In this document: positions 20,383 to 29,810 of the stretch, piece after piece
Layout of the letters: the number at the start of each line of letters is the position of its first letter
How positions within the stretch are numbered: the stretch's first letter is position 1
Origin: a bacterium UBP4_UBA6127
GTDB taxonomy: Bacteria; UBP4; UBA4092
Direction of reading: 5' to 3'
DNA: 64,000 nucleotides
Assembly: GCA_002428325.1 (NCBI GenBank)
Contig: DIVR01000021.1
Coordinates: 34,486-98,485, forward strand
Position numbers and translations under genes: made by a program
The notes under the pieces: model-generated
Seen by the model: the letters and a program-made list of their open reading frames with translations, nothing else
Told to the model about the DNA's origin: nothing
Database searches by the model: none

Positions 20383-22122
20383 TTATTCAGGTTTACGAGC
20401 TTTTATATAAAACAAATAACAGCTGTCAATTTGGTCTGAAAAATAAGGCTGTTTAACTATTTCCTCCGGTGCAAATTGCCCGGAAGCCTGAGATTCAGGC
20501 AAAGGCAGTAACCCCTTTTCTTCCATAATTTCAAATCCATGTTTTTGAAGTTTTTCCTTCAACTGGGAAGGGGTGTATTCAATTTTATGTTCAGGATGAA
20601 TGAGCCTGTGAGGAGATTCCAACCGGGTAATCAGTCGATTCGGCGTATCCAGGCAGAAATACCCCCCGGGTTTGAGTATCCGCCAGACTTCCTGAAGGCA
20701 CTGTTCACCTTCATTCTCACTGATATGTTCTATGCTTTCTCCCGACCAGACCATCTCAACTGATGAATCAGGAATAAATTCAAGTTTCGACATGGAGGAG
20801 TAGTGATATTCAATACGATTGCATTTACCATAATCGGTAACAACTCTCGCCTGCTCCGTTGCCTTCAACATTCTAATCGCTGGAGGAAGATCCACAATGA
20901 TTAACATTGACGCTTGATGGGGATATCCCATGCCATACAGGCATCCTTCCTGCCAGGAAGGAGAGGCTCCCCCCAAGTCCACAATCACATCCGCTGCGGG
21001 AAGAAGGGTTTGTATCATCTCCAGCCTTGCCTTATGAATATATTCCAGAATATTAAACCGGCCTCGCTCATATTCTTTTGATTCAAATAGTAACTGAGGA
21101 ATATCCTTTCGAGAAATCTTATCCGTTTCCAGCAAATTCTGATAATAAGCCAAGTCCTCCGCATTCGCTTTTCGACTCAGCAGGAGCCTGAAAACCATAT
21201 CAATGTATTGAGCATCATTAAAAAGGATGGGATCCATGGGAAGATATCCATCAGGCAGTATCATTAATCGTTTCTGAAGGGCCGCCAATTTATGCTGAAC
21301 CATCTGTTTTGCCCGAGAGACTTTATAATTGCTTTTTTGTGTAGGCTCTTTCACATCATTCTCCTTTTTCAACAGGACAATCATCCGTTCAATATAAAGG
21401 TCTTCCTGCCGAATTCCCTGAGTTTTTTCTGGGAGGATTTTCTTTTCAAACGCTGCCAGTTTTCGAGTCCTGGGTAAATGTTGGTAATCTTTCCAGACGG
21501 GATAAAGTCCTGCCTCTTTCCAGTGGGTTTCAAACTCGGAGACTGTCAGCCGGTTCAGTGTTACATAATGGTTCCAAGTCCAATCCTCAACGTTTTTTCG
21601 GGATTTAATTTCTTCATCAGGCAGTATCAAATGTACCCAGGGAAACTCTTCCCGGGGATAATAGTTCCATAAATGAGACCCGATTGGGCTGAAATACATT
21701 GGCACCACACTGATCAGGATAATTCCCCCCGGTGCCAGAAGTTTTGATGCGGTCAGCAGGGCTTCCCGGGGTCGGGAGATATGTTCCCAAACATCATACG
21801 AAAATATAATATCAAACTTTCTATCCCCCAATAGTTTCGGGTCTTCTATATTATCTTCAATAAATTCCAGTTTAAAAATATCTATCTTATAATGGGCAGC
21901 CAGGGTATCCAAATGGCTATCCCCATAATCGCCCAGATCAATGTCCACACCGACAGCTTTATCTGCACCCAGATAAGCAGCGGCTAATAACCCATTCCCG
22001 GTTCCGCACCCGATATCAAGGACTGTTTTCCCTTTAAAATCGATTTCAGGGCAAAACCCACCAATACTATGGAACAGGTCCATTATCCCTCGAAATCTGT
22101 TTTCCGCATCATGATACAACAT
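20383..22122 (-). CDS. Fused protein with two class I SAM-dependent methyltransferase domains
   Basis: N-terminal domain motif I VLDIGCGTGNGLLAAAYLGA...VGVDID and motif IV/post-II IIFSYDVWEHI. C-terminal domain VIVDLGGAS..., IIVDLPP and LKPGGYFCLDTPN. A helical linker of about 150 aa lies between them. Confidence 0.7.
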   Translation of the reverse strand: MLYHDAENRFRGIMDLFHSIGGFCPEIDFKGKTVLDIGCGTGNGLLAAAYLGADKAVGVDIDLGDYGDSHLDTLAAHYKIDIFKLEFIEDNIEDPKLLGDRKFDIIFSYDVWEHISRPREALLTASKLLAPGGIILISVVPMYFSPIGSHLWNYYPREEFPWVHLILPDEEIKSRKNVEDWTWNHYVTLNRLTVSEFETHWKEAGLYPVWKDYQHLPRTRKLAAFEKKILPEKTQGIRQEDLYIERMIVLLKKENDVKEPTQKSNYKVSRAKQMVQHKLAALQKRLMILPDGYLPMDPILFNDAQYIDMVFRLLLSRKANAEDLAYYQNLLETDKISRKDIPQLLFESKEYERGRFNILEYIHKARLEMIQTLLPAADVIVDLGGASPSWQEGCLYGMGYPHQASMLIIVDLPPAIRMLKATEQARVVTDYGKCNRIEYHYSSMSKLEFIPDSSVEMVWSGESIEHISENEGEQCLQEVWRILKPGGYFCLDTPNRLITRLESPHRLIHPEHKIEYTPSQLKEKLQKHGFEIMEEKGLLPLPESQASGQFAPEEIVKQPYFSDQIDSCYLFYIKARKPE

Positions 22123-22143
22123 CGGCTATTAGTTCCCTCCCCA

Positions 22144-23262
22144 TCAATCAATCATCCGATGATAGACCTCTAATGTCTGTCGGGCTGTTCTATCCCAGTT
22201 AAACCGGGCCGCTTGCATCGGGCCTTTTTGTCGAAGTGTTTGGGCTAGTATATCATTCCCCAGCACCAGAGAAATCCCTGATGCAATCTCTTCCGGAAAA
22301 TCAGGATTCACCAGGCAAGCCGCATCTCCCGCAATCTCAGGCAAAGAAGTCCGGTTACCCGCCACCACCGGCACACCACAAGCCATCGCTTCCAGTATCG
22401 GCAACCCAAATCCCTCATATAGAGAAGGAAATACAAATAATCCAGCCCCGGCATATAAAGAGGGCAAATGGGCCTGGGGTACAAATCCGGTAAACAGTAT
22501 ATCTTTCGACCAGGGAGAACGCCGGATGGATTCAGTCAGCCCATCAGCTTTCCATAAAGGAGCTCCGGTTATGACTAAAGGCTGTGAAGTCTTTTTCTCA
22601 TCCCTCAGTAGATTATAGGCTAATATTAACCTGTCCAGATTTTTCCGGGGTTCTACAGCTCCCAGGCAAAATAAATAACCCTTTTTCAAGTGATATTGAG
22701 CCAGGACTTTTTGCAGAGATTCGTCATCCTGTCCTGTCTTAAATTCTTCTGAAGGCGCCAGGTAAGCTACGGAGACCTTTTCGGAGTCGGTGGGATAATG
22801 AGATAACAATTCCTGCCGGGTAAATTCTGAATCACAGAAAATATGGGCGGCCTTCCGGCATAAGACCCTCGCCTGGATTCGACTGATGACACGATGTTTC
22901 CAGCTGACATATTCCGGCCGAAGCAATGGAATTAAATCATGCAGGGTCACCACCATCGGAATATTCGGAAACAACGGCGCATCAAAATTAGCCATCGCAT
23001 GGTATAAAGAAATCCGGTTTGCTTTTAATGCAGGGGGCAGCCCCCTATTGGACCAGACAAATCGTTGCCGGATGGGAATAGTCACCGGGTGCAGGTTGGT
23101 TGGAAGAGATTCACCCAGCTTATCCCGGGTAAACAAATAATAATCCGTTTCTGAATCCAGTTTTGCCAGCTCCAGGATTAAACGTCGGGTATAACTGGAA
23201 ATCCCGGTTCCGGCCGGATCATAGAGCCGGGCATCTAAACCGATTCGGGGAGAATTGTTCAT
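22144..23262 (-). CDS. Glycosyltransferase family 4 (GT-B, retaining)
   Basis: Signature PSLYEGFGLPILEAMACGVPVVAG (EX7E region). 372 aa. Confidence 0.85.
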   Translation of the reverse strand: MNNSPRIGLDARLYDPAGTGISSYTRRLILELAKLDSETDYYLFTRDKLGESLPTNLHPVTIPIRQRFVWSNRGLPPALKANRISLYHAMANFDAPLFPNIPMVVTLHDLIPLLRPEYVSWKHRVISRIQARVLCRKAAHIFCDSEFTRQELLSHYPTDSEKVSVAYLAPSEEFKTGQDDESLQKVLAQYHLKKGYLFCLGAVEPRKNLDRLILAYNLLRDEKKTSQPLVITGAPLWKADGLTESIRRSPWSKDILFTGFVPQAHLPSLYAGAGLFVFPSLYEGFGLPILEAMACGVPVVAGNRTSLPEIAGDAACLVNPDFPEEIASGISLVLGNDILAQTLRQKGPMQAARFNWDRTARQTLEVYHRMID

Positions 23263-23268
23263 CCCGGC

Positions 23269-26200
23269 TTACCTTTTCTTTCCCCGGGAAATTAAATCCC
23301 GGTAAAACTTCACAGTGCCTTCAGCAGCTTTCCGAAGCGAAAATTCTGTTTCAACTGATATCCGAGCCTGGTTTCCCAGAGTCTTTCTCAGTTGAGTATC
23401 CCGGGCCAGGCGAAGAATAGCTTCAGCCAGTTGGTTACTATCTTCAGGGTCCACCAGCAGTCCGGTTTTATTATCATGGATAGTCTCAGGAACAGCCCCG
23501 GCTCGAGTCCCGATAACTGCTTTCCCCAAAGCCATGGCTTCCAAAAAGATTATCCCGAATGATTCATACAGGGAGGGTGAAGTAAAAATATCACACTGGG
23601 CATAATGCGCCCACTTGCTCGGCTCATCTACTTCCCCTTCAAAATGCACTTGGGCAAACCAGGAATCTCGGCTGTGTTTTTCATAAAATGAATCTTTAAA
23701 ATATTTTCCGTTGGTAAAATCCGGGGTATCTTTTCCAACAATTATAAATTCAATCTCCGGCATGGACTTCATAACCTGAGGGATAGCTTCCAGTAAAGTA
23801 TGAACACCTTTCCGGCGTTCCAACCGTCCGACAAACAAAACCCGAACAGATTTATGATTATCCGAAACAGTCCGGGAAAGGAGTGATTCCGGCAGCTGAA
23901 TTCCCAGGGGAATAACCCGGTTTAATATTCCATTATAGGAAACCTGGTATTCAGTCCTAATGGTCTCAAGGATACTCCGGCTGATGGCAATAATGCCATC
24001 TGAGGATTCAACCAGCTTTTTTTCCAATTCTGCTGACAGGGATAAATCAGGGTCGGCTGTCCATTGATGAGTCTCTATCATCTTCTTCAAAGGGGATGAA
24101 AGCCTTAAAACCATGGGGGCAATCTTCTTCTGGGAATAAACCAGCCCTTCAATATCCCAGATGGGAGTTTCTATCACATCAGGAGGATCCATCCCAAAAA
24201 GGTCACTGATCCGTTTATTCAGCTCAAATCCGTAAGCCAGATTTTTACGGGTCACCTGATATTCGGCAGGAAGCTCAAATGGCAATCTCCCTTTACTGTT
24301 AAGAGGATGCATCTGAACCCCTTCATCCCAATAAGAAGGATAATGGGAGGTAATGACATGAACTTCATGCCCCAATCTCACCATTTCCCTGGCAAGGTCC
24401 TGAGTATAGGTTGCAATTCCCCCAAATCCCGCTGGGGGATAATTCTGGCTGGCCATGACAATCCGAAGGGGACGGTCTTTGACCTTTATCTGATTCACCT
24501 GGCGCTCCAGGAATGGTTGAAACTCCATTTCGGGATTCAGTAATTTTTCTTTGGGCTGGCAACGGGGAGGGATAAACAGGCCGGCTCCCCATCCCCAGAG
24601 GATCCCCTTGATTGAACGGCTGATAAATTTCAGAATACTGCTTGGCCGCAGAGAGCCTGGCTGTCGAAAAAAGACCATGCTCCAGAATCGAAGATAATTC
24701 CGGTAAAGGTTTTTTACCATGACATAAGGCAGACTCCGGTTACGGTGCTTAATACTGTAATAAAAGTTATCATGAATAATGATATCGAAACGCCAATCCT
24801 GCTCACTTTCCCGGATAAAACCTTTGGCAAAATGATGGTACATGACTGCCCGGGGATGATGATGGACTCTGTAACCTCTCTGAATAAGCCGGGTGCAGAT
24901 ATCTCCATCATCCGCAAAGAAACGGATATGCTCGTCAAATCCACCCAGTTCTACCAGGAGAGTCCTTCGGAAAGAACAGTTGGTTCCCATCAAGTAATTA
25001 AAGAATTCTCCCTTGGGATCATCTGGACTGATAGAGGTTGGATTCACCGGTAAAGATTGGGCAAACCGGGTGATTTTCCCCCGGCTAAACTGAACGACTT
25101 CAGAGGTAGTTCCCTTATAGACAATTCCCCCAACCGCGCCAACTTTCGGGTTACGGTATCCTTCCAAAAGGTCTGATACCCAATGAGGGTCTGCCACAGC
25201 ATCATCATCCTGAAATGCCACAATATCCCCAGCCGCCGCCATGATGCCCAGATTTCTGGAAATGGAAAGATTGTTTTTTTCATTGGGAACACGCTTGGCT
25301 CTGGGGTATGCCTCCAGGACTTGCAATGTCTCCCGGTCATTGGGATCATGGACCACTATCACTTCCATCTGGGGATGAGTCTGACGGCTTAATCCCCGAA
25401 GCGTATGCCGAAGCAACTCTGGCCGTTTGAGAGAACAGACGATCACTGACACCTTCAAATTCTGATAAGCGATTTCCTGGGATTCTCCTGAAACCATGCA
25501 AAAATCCAGGATAGATTTTATTTCTTCTTTCATCCGGTCTGGTCGGTACCGTTCCAATTCCCGGTTCTGCCGTTCCTGGGTTTCCTCTCGGAGGGATTTA
25601 TCCGTCAGTATCTTTTGCATCAGATCACTGGTTATATCCCAGTTTTTATCATTGAAAAGAAAACCGCCTTCACCCAGGGCTTCAGGAACACCCCCGGCTG
25701 AATAGGCTAAAACAGGTATGCCATGAACAAAACTCTCTACAATGGGAACACAAAATCCTTCATGTTCACTGGCAGAAATAAATAAATGGGCTGTCTTATA
25801 CAGGGCAGTCAGTTCTTCAAACCTGATTTTGCCGGTCAACAGAATTGAATCCCCCAACTTTTTCTCATTGATAAGCTGGATCAGAGACAGGTAATAAGGG
25901 TCATCCTCTTCATATTTCCCAGCCAGGATAAGTCTGGCATCTGATTGATATTTTCCCCGGTACACTTCGAATAGACGAATTAAATCATCCTGCTTTTTAT
26001 TGGGTGCAATCCTGCCTACAAATAATATATTGGTTTTGCCATCATTAAACCGGGTCTCTGTTTGAGTATCGGAAGGGGCCCGCCGCATCTTTTCAATATC
26101 CAGAACTATGGGCAGGACTCGGGTCTGTTTGAATCCGACAGATTCCAGTTCCTGCCGATTAAAATCAGAATCTCCAATCCCGGCATCAAACAGGTAAGGC

Positions 26201-26553
26201 AGTTCTTTTAGCTGCTCCCGACCCCGGGTGCAATGGTAATATACCTCTTCATTGATTCCCTTGAAATAGTCGGCCGGAGTGATATTGTGATAAATGAGAG
26301 CCCGTTTACCGGGGAAGGATTCCGCTATCGGGATTAAATCATTGTCATAATGGAAATGGAATAGAAGTAAATCTTCAGGAGTCCCTTGGCACTCTTCCAG
26401 AGGGCTATAATATTGGGACATCCGGGAATCATGGAACATGGCGCAGATTTTTGACTCATATCCCATTTGTAGAAAATATTGATGAAGCTGGACCGCATCC
26501 TGGCTGACCGCATCCCCGTAATCTAATGCTGGAATAAGCTGAAATATTCTCAA
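23269..26553 (-). CDS. Multidomain glycosyltransferase: GT4, GT2, GT4 (WbdA-like polymerising glycosyltransferase)
   Basis: 1094 aa. Domain 1 GT4 signature SEHEGFCVPIVESFVHGIPVLAYSAGGVPEAL. Domain 2 GT-A/GT2 signature VSVIVCSLKRPELLRHTLRGLSRQTHP...VVHDPND...FQDDDAV (DxD). Domain 3 GT4 signature SLYESFGIIFLEAMALGKAVIGTRAGAVPETI. Confidence 0.85.
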   Translation of the reverse strand: MRIFQLIPALDYGDAVSQDAVQLHQYFLQMGYESKICAMFHDSRMSQYYSPLEECQGTPEDLLLFHFHYDNDLIPIAESFPGKRALIYHNITPADYFKGINEEVYYHCTRGREQLKELPYLFDAGIGDSDFNRQELESVGFKQTRVLPIVLDIEKMRRAPSDTQTETRFNDGKTNILFVGRIAPNKKQDDLIRLFEVYRGKYQSDARLILAGKYEEDDPYYLSLIQLINEKKLGDSILLTGKIRFEELTALYKTAHLFISASEHEGFCVPIVESFVHGIPVLAYSAGGVPEALGEGGFLFNDKNWDITSDLMQKILTDKSLREETQERQNRELERYRPDRMKEEIKSILDFCMVSGESQEIAYQNLKVSVIVCSLKRPELLRHTLRGLSRQTHPQMEVIVVHDPNDRETLQVLEAYPRAKRVPNEKNNLSISRNLGIMAAAGDIVAFQDDDAVADPHWVSDLLEGYRNPKVGAVGGIVYKGTTSEVVQFSRGKITRFAQSLPVNPTSISPDDPKGEFFNYLMGTNCSFRRTLLVELGGFDEHIRFFADDGDICTRLIQRGYRVHHHPRAVMYHHFAKGFIRESEQDWRFDIIIHDNFYYSIKHRNRSLPYVMVKNLYRNYLRFWSMVFFRQPGSLRPSSILKFISRSIKGILWGWGAGLFIPPRCQPKEKLLNPEMEFQPFLERQVNQIKVKDRPLRIVMASQNYPPAGFGGIATYTQDLAREMVRLGHEVHVITSHYPSYWDEGVQMHPLNSKGRLPFELPAEYQVTRKNLAYGFELNKRISDLFGMDPPDVIETPIWDIEGLVYSQKKIAPMVLRLSSPLKKMIETHQWTADPDLSLSAELEKKLVESSDGIIAISRSILETIRTEYQVSYNGILNRVIPLGIQLPESLLSRTVSDNHKSVRVLFVGRLERRKGVHTLLEAIPQVMKSMPEIEFIIVGKDTPDFTNGKYFKDSFYEKHSRDSWFAQVHFEGEVDEPSKWAHYAQCDIFTSPSLYESFGIIFLEAMALGKAVIGTRAGAVPETIHDNKTGLLVDPEDSNQLAEAILRLARDTQLRKTLGNQARISVETEFSLRKAAEGTVKFYRDLISRGKKR

Positions 26554-27134
26554 AGCTTACCCTCCCGGGAAGAAACATCCATTTTATTTTTTAATTCAGC
26601 TATTTGAGCTTCCAGCCATATTCGTTTCCGGTCCATGGCCGCCAGATCATTTTCCATCCGGTATTGTAAATCATTAATTCGGGTTTCCACCGCCTGGACG
26701 GTCTTTAAGGTTTCCTCATGATAATTTACCAATGTATCCAGCAAATCCCGGAGTTGGTCCCGAGTGACCCATTCCCCAGTGATTTTCTGATTTTCATCCA
26801 ATTGTTGTTTAAACTGTTTCAGGACTTCTATGAACTGGGCATTCAATTCCCTTTGAGCCTGAAATTTGCCGGATAACGGAGCTTTCACCACCGGTTTTAA
26901 TAGTTTCTTAGTGCCTACAATCATTTTCCCCAGGACAGGCCGATGAGAATGAAAAGGACGGTCATCTCCCATAAACCAGGTTTTCATTAATTTGTTCCAT
27001 GCCCGGTCAAAAGGGGTATTAACCCGTTTTGTTGACAGGGAGGATTCATTGCTTTCCCCATTACGGTTCAGGTTTTCATGAATTAATTCAATAATGCGGT
27101 CGGCATCTAAAGGTCCATTGGCTGGCTGACTCAT
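26550..27134 (-). CDS. Coiled-coil protein of the glycan export operon (candidate chain-length/terminator accessory protein)
   Basis: 194 aa. The C-terminal about 100 residues are heptad-rich (...LNAQFIEVLKQFKQQLDENQKI...RINDLQYRMENDLAAMDRKRIWLEAQIAELKNKMD). It overlaps the glycosyltransferase start by 4 bp and lies 5 nt after wzt. No enzymatic motif. Confidence 0.45.
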   Translation of the reverse strand: MSQPANGPLDADRIIELIHENLNRNGESNESSLSTKRVNTPFDRAWNKLMKTWFMGDDRPFHSHRPVLGKMIVGTKKLLKPVVKAPLSGKFQAQRELNAQFIEVLKQFKQQLDENQKITGEWVTRDQLRDLLDTLVNYHEETLKTVQAVETRINDLQYRMENDLAAMDRKRIWLEAQIAELKNKMDVSSREGKL

Positions 27135-27138
27135 ACTA

Positions 27139-28725
27139 TCACTCCTGGGAAGAAGATGTCCGGGGAGTACTGCCCGGCCGTTCTATTTCCAATTTCCATT
27201 GATGGTCAGGCCGGATGATCCCTTTTTCCAAGGCTGATGACTTCACGGAAAATGAATATCGGCTGACTGGCTGATCCGGTATATCTGCCGGGTCATCCGC
27301 GGATTGAATCTCTAAAAAATAATCTCCGCTTAATAAGGGTAATGATTTCATCTCAAAATTCAAAATTCCCTGGGTGGCGGTTGATGGGATTTCAACCGCT
27401 TCAGCATGGGTATCTGTCTCATAGACACAAAACCCATCATCCCGAAGGATTCTTAGGGTAACAGTTGCCTTGGACGGCCGTGATAAATCCAATGAATAGG
27501 GAATCTGGATATTCATCCTCTCCCCGGTGGTAAAGAGAGTGGTTGGTGTATCTTTTCCATTCACCATCTGAATGGAGTCAATCTTAATCTGGGTAACAGA
27601 AACAGTTGTGTCTGCAGTCAATTTTTCCGTTGTGGTTAATCGAATCAATTCAGCTTCGGGAAGAGGTGTGGCTTCTGCTAACACCGGAGGCAGGTATTGA
27701 TACTGCTTATCATGGGCAAATATCCCATAATAATAGGGTTGCCCATTGGTCAGGCTCCCATCCACACATTCGGTCCCGTTAAACCAATAAACCGGTGTTC
27801 CATCTTCATGATGGATAGGATATCGGTCGGTACGGCGTACGATTTTGGTCGCCATATAATCCTTCAGGGGAGGATTGACCCAGGCCAATCGAACACATTG
27901 ATCGCCTGGCTTAGCCTTGAACCCCATGGTCTGCTGGAGCCGGGTCAGGTCTTCCGGGGCAACTCCTTCGGGGAGCAACCCTGTTTGCCGTACATAGCGT
28001 TCGATAGCCCGGAGAGCTTTATCCTTGCAAATCATATTTCCATCTATTAATAAAACGGCATCATCACACCATCGTTCCACAGCCCCCATATCATGGGTTA
28101 CCAAGATTATGGTCTTATTTTGTTCCTTAAATTTCCGCATCCGGTCTTCACACTTCCGGACAAAAGCCCCATCACCGACCGCCAGCACTTCATCAATCAA
28201 CAAGATATCGGCATCCACATGGGTGGCTACGGAAAAAGCCAACCGCATATACATCCCGGAAGAATAGGTCCGCACCGGACTGTCAATGAATTCAGATAGT
28301 TCCGCAAAATCGACAATCTCATCAAATTTTTCCTTGATTTGCTGCCGGGTCAATCCAAAAATGGACCCATTAATAAAGATATTTTCCCGGCCGGTAAAAT
28401 CAGGATGAAATCCGGCTCCCAGTTCCAGAAGGGCCGCCACTCTGCCCTGCACTTCAATCCGGCCATTATCCGGTTTCAATACCCCGGCCAGGATTTTCAA
28501 CAGGGTGCTTTTACCTGAACCGTTTTTGCCGATAATCCCCATAAACTGGCCTCTTTTTACATCAAAGGAGATGTTTTTCAAAGCCATCAAAGAGGTTTTA
28601 TCAGAAGGGTGCCGGTCCGAGGATCGAAACAGGTTGGCTACCGCCGTTTTAAGGGTACCATATTCCCCCCGTTGATACCGGCGCCGATAGGTTTTTGAGA
28701 CATTTTCGATTCGAATCACATTCAT
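27139..28725 (-). CDS. wzt: Polysaccharide ABC transporter ATP-binding protein, Wzt/KpsT-like, with extended C-terminal (Wzt_C-like) domain
   Basis: Walker A GKNGSGKST, signature YSSGMYMRLAF, Walker B ILLIDEVLAVGD. A C-terminal extension of about 270 aa is rich in beta strands. The start is taken at MNVIRIENVSKTY (28725) rather than the track's 28815, which would overlap wzm by 74 nt. Confidence 0.85.
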   Translation of the reverse strand: MNVIRIENVSKTYRRRYQRGEYGTLKTAVANLFRSSDRHPSDKTSLMALKNISFDVKRGQFMGIIGKNGSGKSTLLKILAGVLKPDNGRIEVQGRVAALLELGAGFHPDFTGRENIFINGSIFGLTRQQIKEKFDEIVDFAELSEFIDSPVRTYSSGMYMRLAFSVATHVDADILLIDEVLAVGDGAFVRKCEDRMRKFKEQNKTIILVTHDMGAVERWCDDAVLLIDGNMICKDKALRAIERYVRQTGLLPEGVAPEDLTRLQQTMGFKAKPGDQCVRLAWVNPPLKDYMATKIVRRTDRYPIHHEDGTPVYWFNGTECVDGSLTNGQPYYYGIFAHDKQYQYLPPVLAEATPLPEAELIRLTTTEKLTADTTVSVTQIKIDSIQMVNGKDTPTTLFTTGERMNIQIPYSLDLSRPSKATVTLRILRDDGFCVYETDTHAEAVEIPSTATQGILNFEMKSLPLLSGDYFLEIQSADDPADIPDQPVSRYSFSVKSSALEKGIIRPDHQWKLEIERPGSTPRTSSSQE

Positions 28726-28741
28726 TTTAGTTACAGTAACC

Positions 28742-29527
28742 TCATAATATTTCGGCAAACCGGTCTTTATGCCGGTCAAAGACCCAGAATCCAGCGGCCA
28801 GGATAGCCACCGCAATTATTCCCACTTTACCTAATGCCAGCCAATCAGGCATCTGCCCATTAAATAAAACATCCTGATAAACTCCTATCAGGGAGGACAT
28901 GGGATTGGCAACCAATATCCATTGGTATTTTTCAGGCACCATTTTTACCGGATACAGGATCGGTGTTACAAAAAACCAGAGAGTTATCAGATTGTTCAAT
29001 AAATGCTGGATATCCCGATAAAAAACATTTAAGGCGCTGGCCATTAAAACCAGCCCTTCAGTCAAAATGAATTGGATAAGTATCACAATCGGGACAACCA
29101 CCCAGGTAATGGGATGGACATGTATCCCTGCCACAATCAGAAAAACAGCTAAAATCGGCAGGCTGACCAGATAATTAAACCCAGCAGCAATGACACAGAC
29201 GGTGGGAAGAACCCTGGCTGGAAACATGGATTTGGTTACCAGCGACCCGCCCATCACAATCGAATTGGTTCCTTCTGTCAGGGATTGGGCAAACCAAAGC
29301 CAGGGTAATAGTCCGCAAAAAAGAAAGATGGCATAATTCTGCATCTCAATTCTTACATAAACGGAAAAAACCAGGCTGTAAACCAGCATCAACAACAAAG
29401 GACTCATTAAAGTCCAAAGAAAACCCAAGACTGACCCCCGGTAACGTTCCTTGAGATGGCGCGCCACCAGAGACCCCAGTAACTGCCGGTATTGATAAAT
29501 TTCCCGGATATCCTGAATGATATTCAT
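28742..29527 (-). CDS. wzm: ABC-2 type polysaccharide transporter permease, Wzm/KpsM/TagG-like
   Basis: N-terminus ...YRQLLGSLVARHLKERYRGSVLGFLWTLMSPLL is the classic Wzm family start. 6 TM helices. 261 aa. Confidence 0.85.
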   Translation of the reverse strand: MNIIQDIREIYQYRQLLGSLVARHLKERYRGSVLGFLWTLMSPLLLMLVYSLVFSVYVRIEMQNYAIFLFCGLLPWLWFAQSLTEGTNSIVMGGSLVTKSMFPARVLPTVCVIAAGFNYLVSLPILAVFLIVAGIHVHPITWVVVPIVILIQFILTEGLVLMASALNVFYRDIQHLLNNLITLWFFVTPILYPVKMVPEKYQWILVANPMSSLIGVYQDVLFNGQMPDWLALGKVGIIAVAILAAGFWVFDRHKDRFAEIL

Positions 29528-29810
29528 ATTCTGTTAATTCCTGTTATATTTAAAGGGAATAGACTGGCTAAGGAGAGGCCTCTGGCGTTGAAGGGATTTT
29601 TGGACTACTCAAATCCCGGTAATTCCAGAAAAAAACCAACCCCTTGCTCGTATTTTCACCCTTGTTAATGACAAAGGCATTAAATTAAGAGTATAGCGAT
29701 AAACCCCATGCGGGTCAATGAATTGAACCTCTTTCGAAGGAGGTTGGAACGGATATTCTCTTCCTCCCTTAAGGGTTTAGGGATATGTTATACTCTACCC
29801 TCATCTGATT

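Noticed and set aside
27139-28815. Long version of the wzt ORF starting at 28815, overlapping wzm by 74 nt
   Set aside because: The internal Met at 28725 gives the canonical MNVIRIENVSKTY start of Wzt/KpsT ATPases and removes the overlap. The extra 30 residues are not conserved-looking.
29528-29810. Divergent intergenic region between wzm and the LpxL-family gene, scanned for tRNA or ncRNA
   Set aside because: No cloverleaf-compatible sequence or conserved motif was found. It likely holds only divergent promoters, which I cannot pin down by eye.
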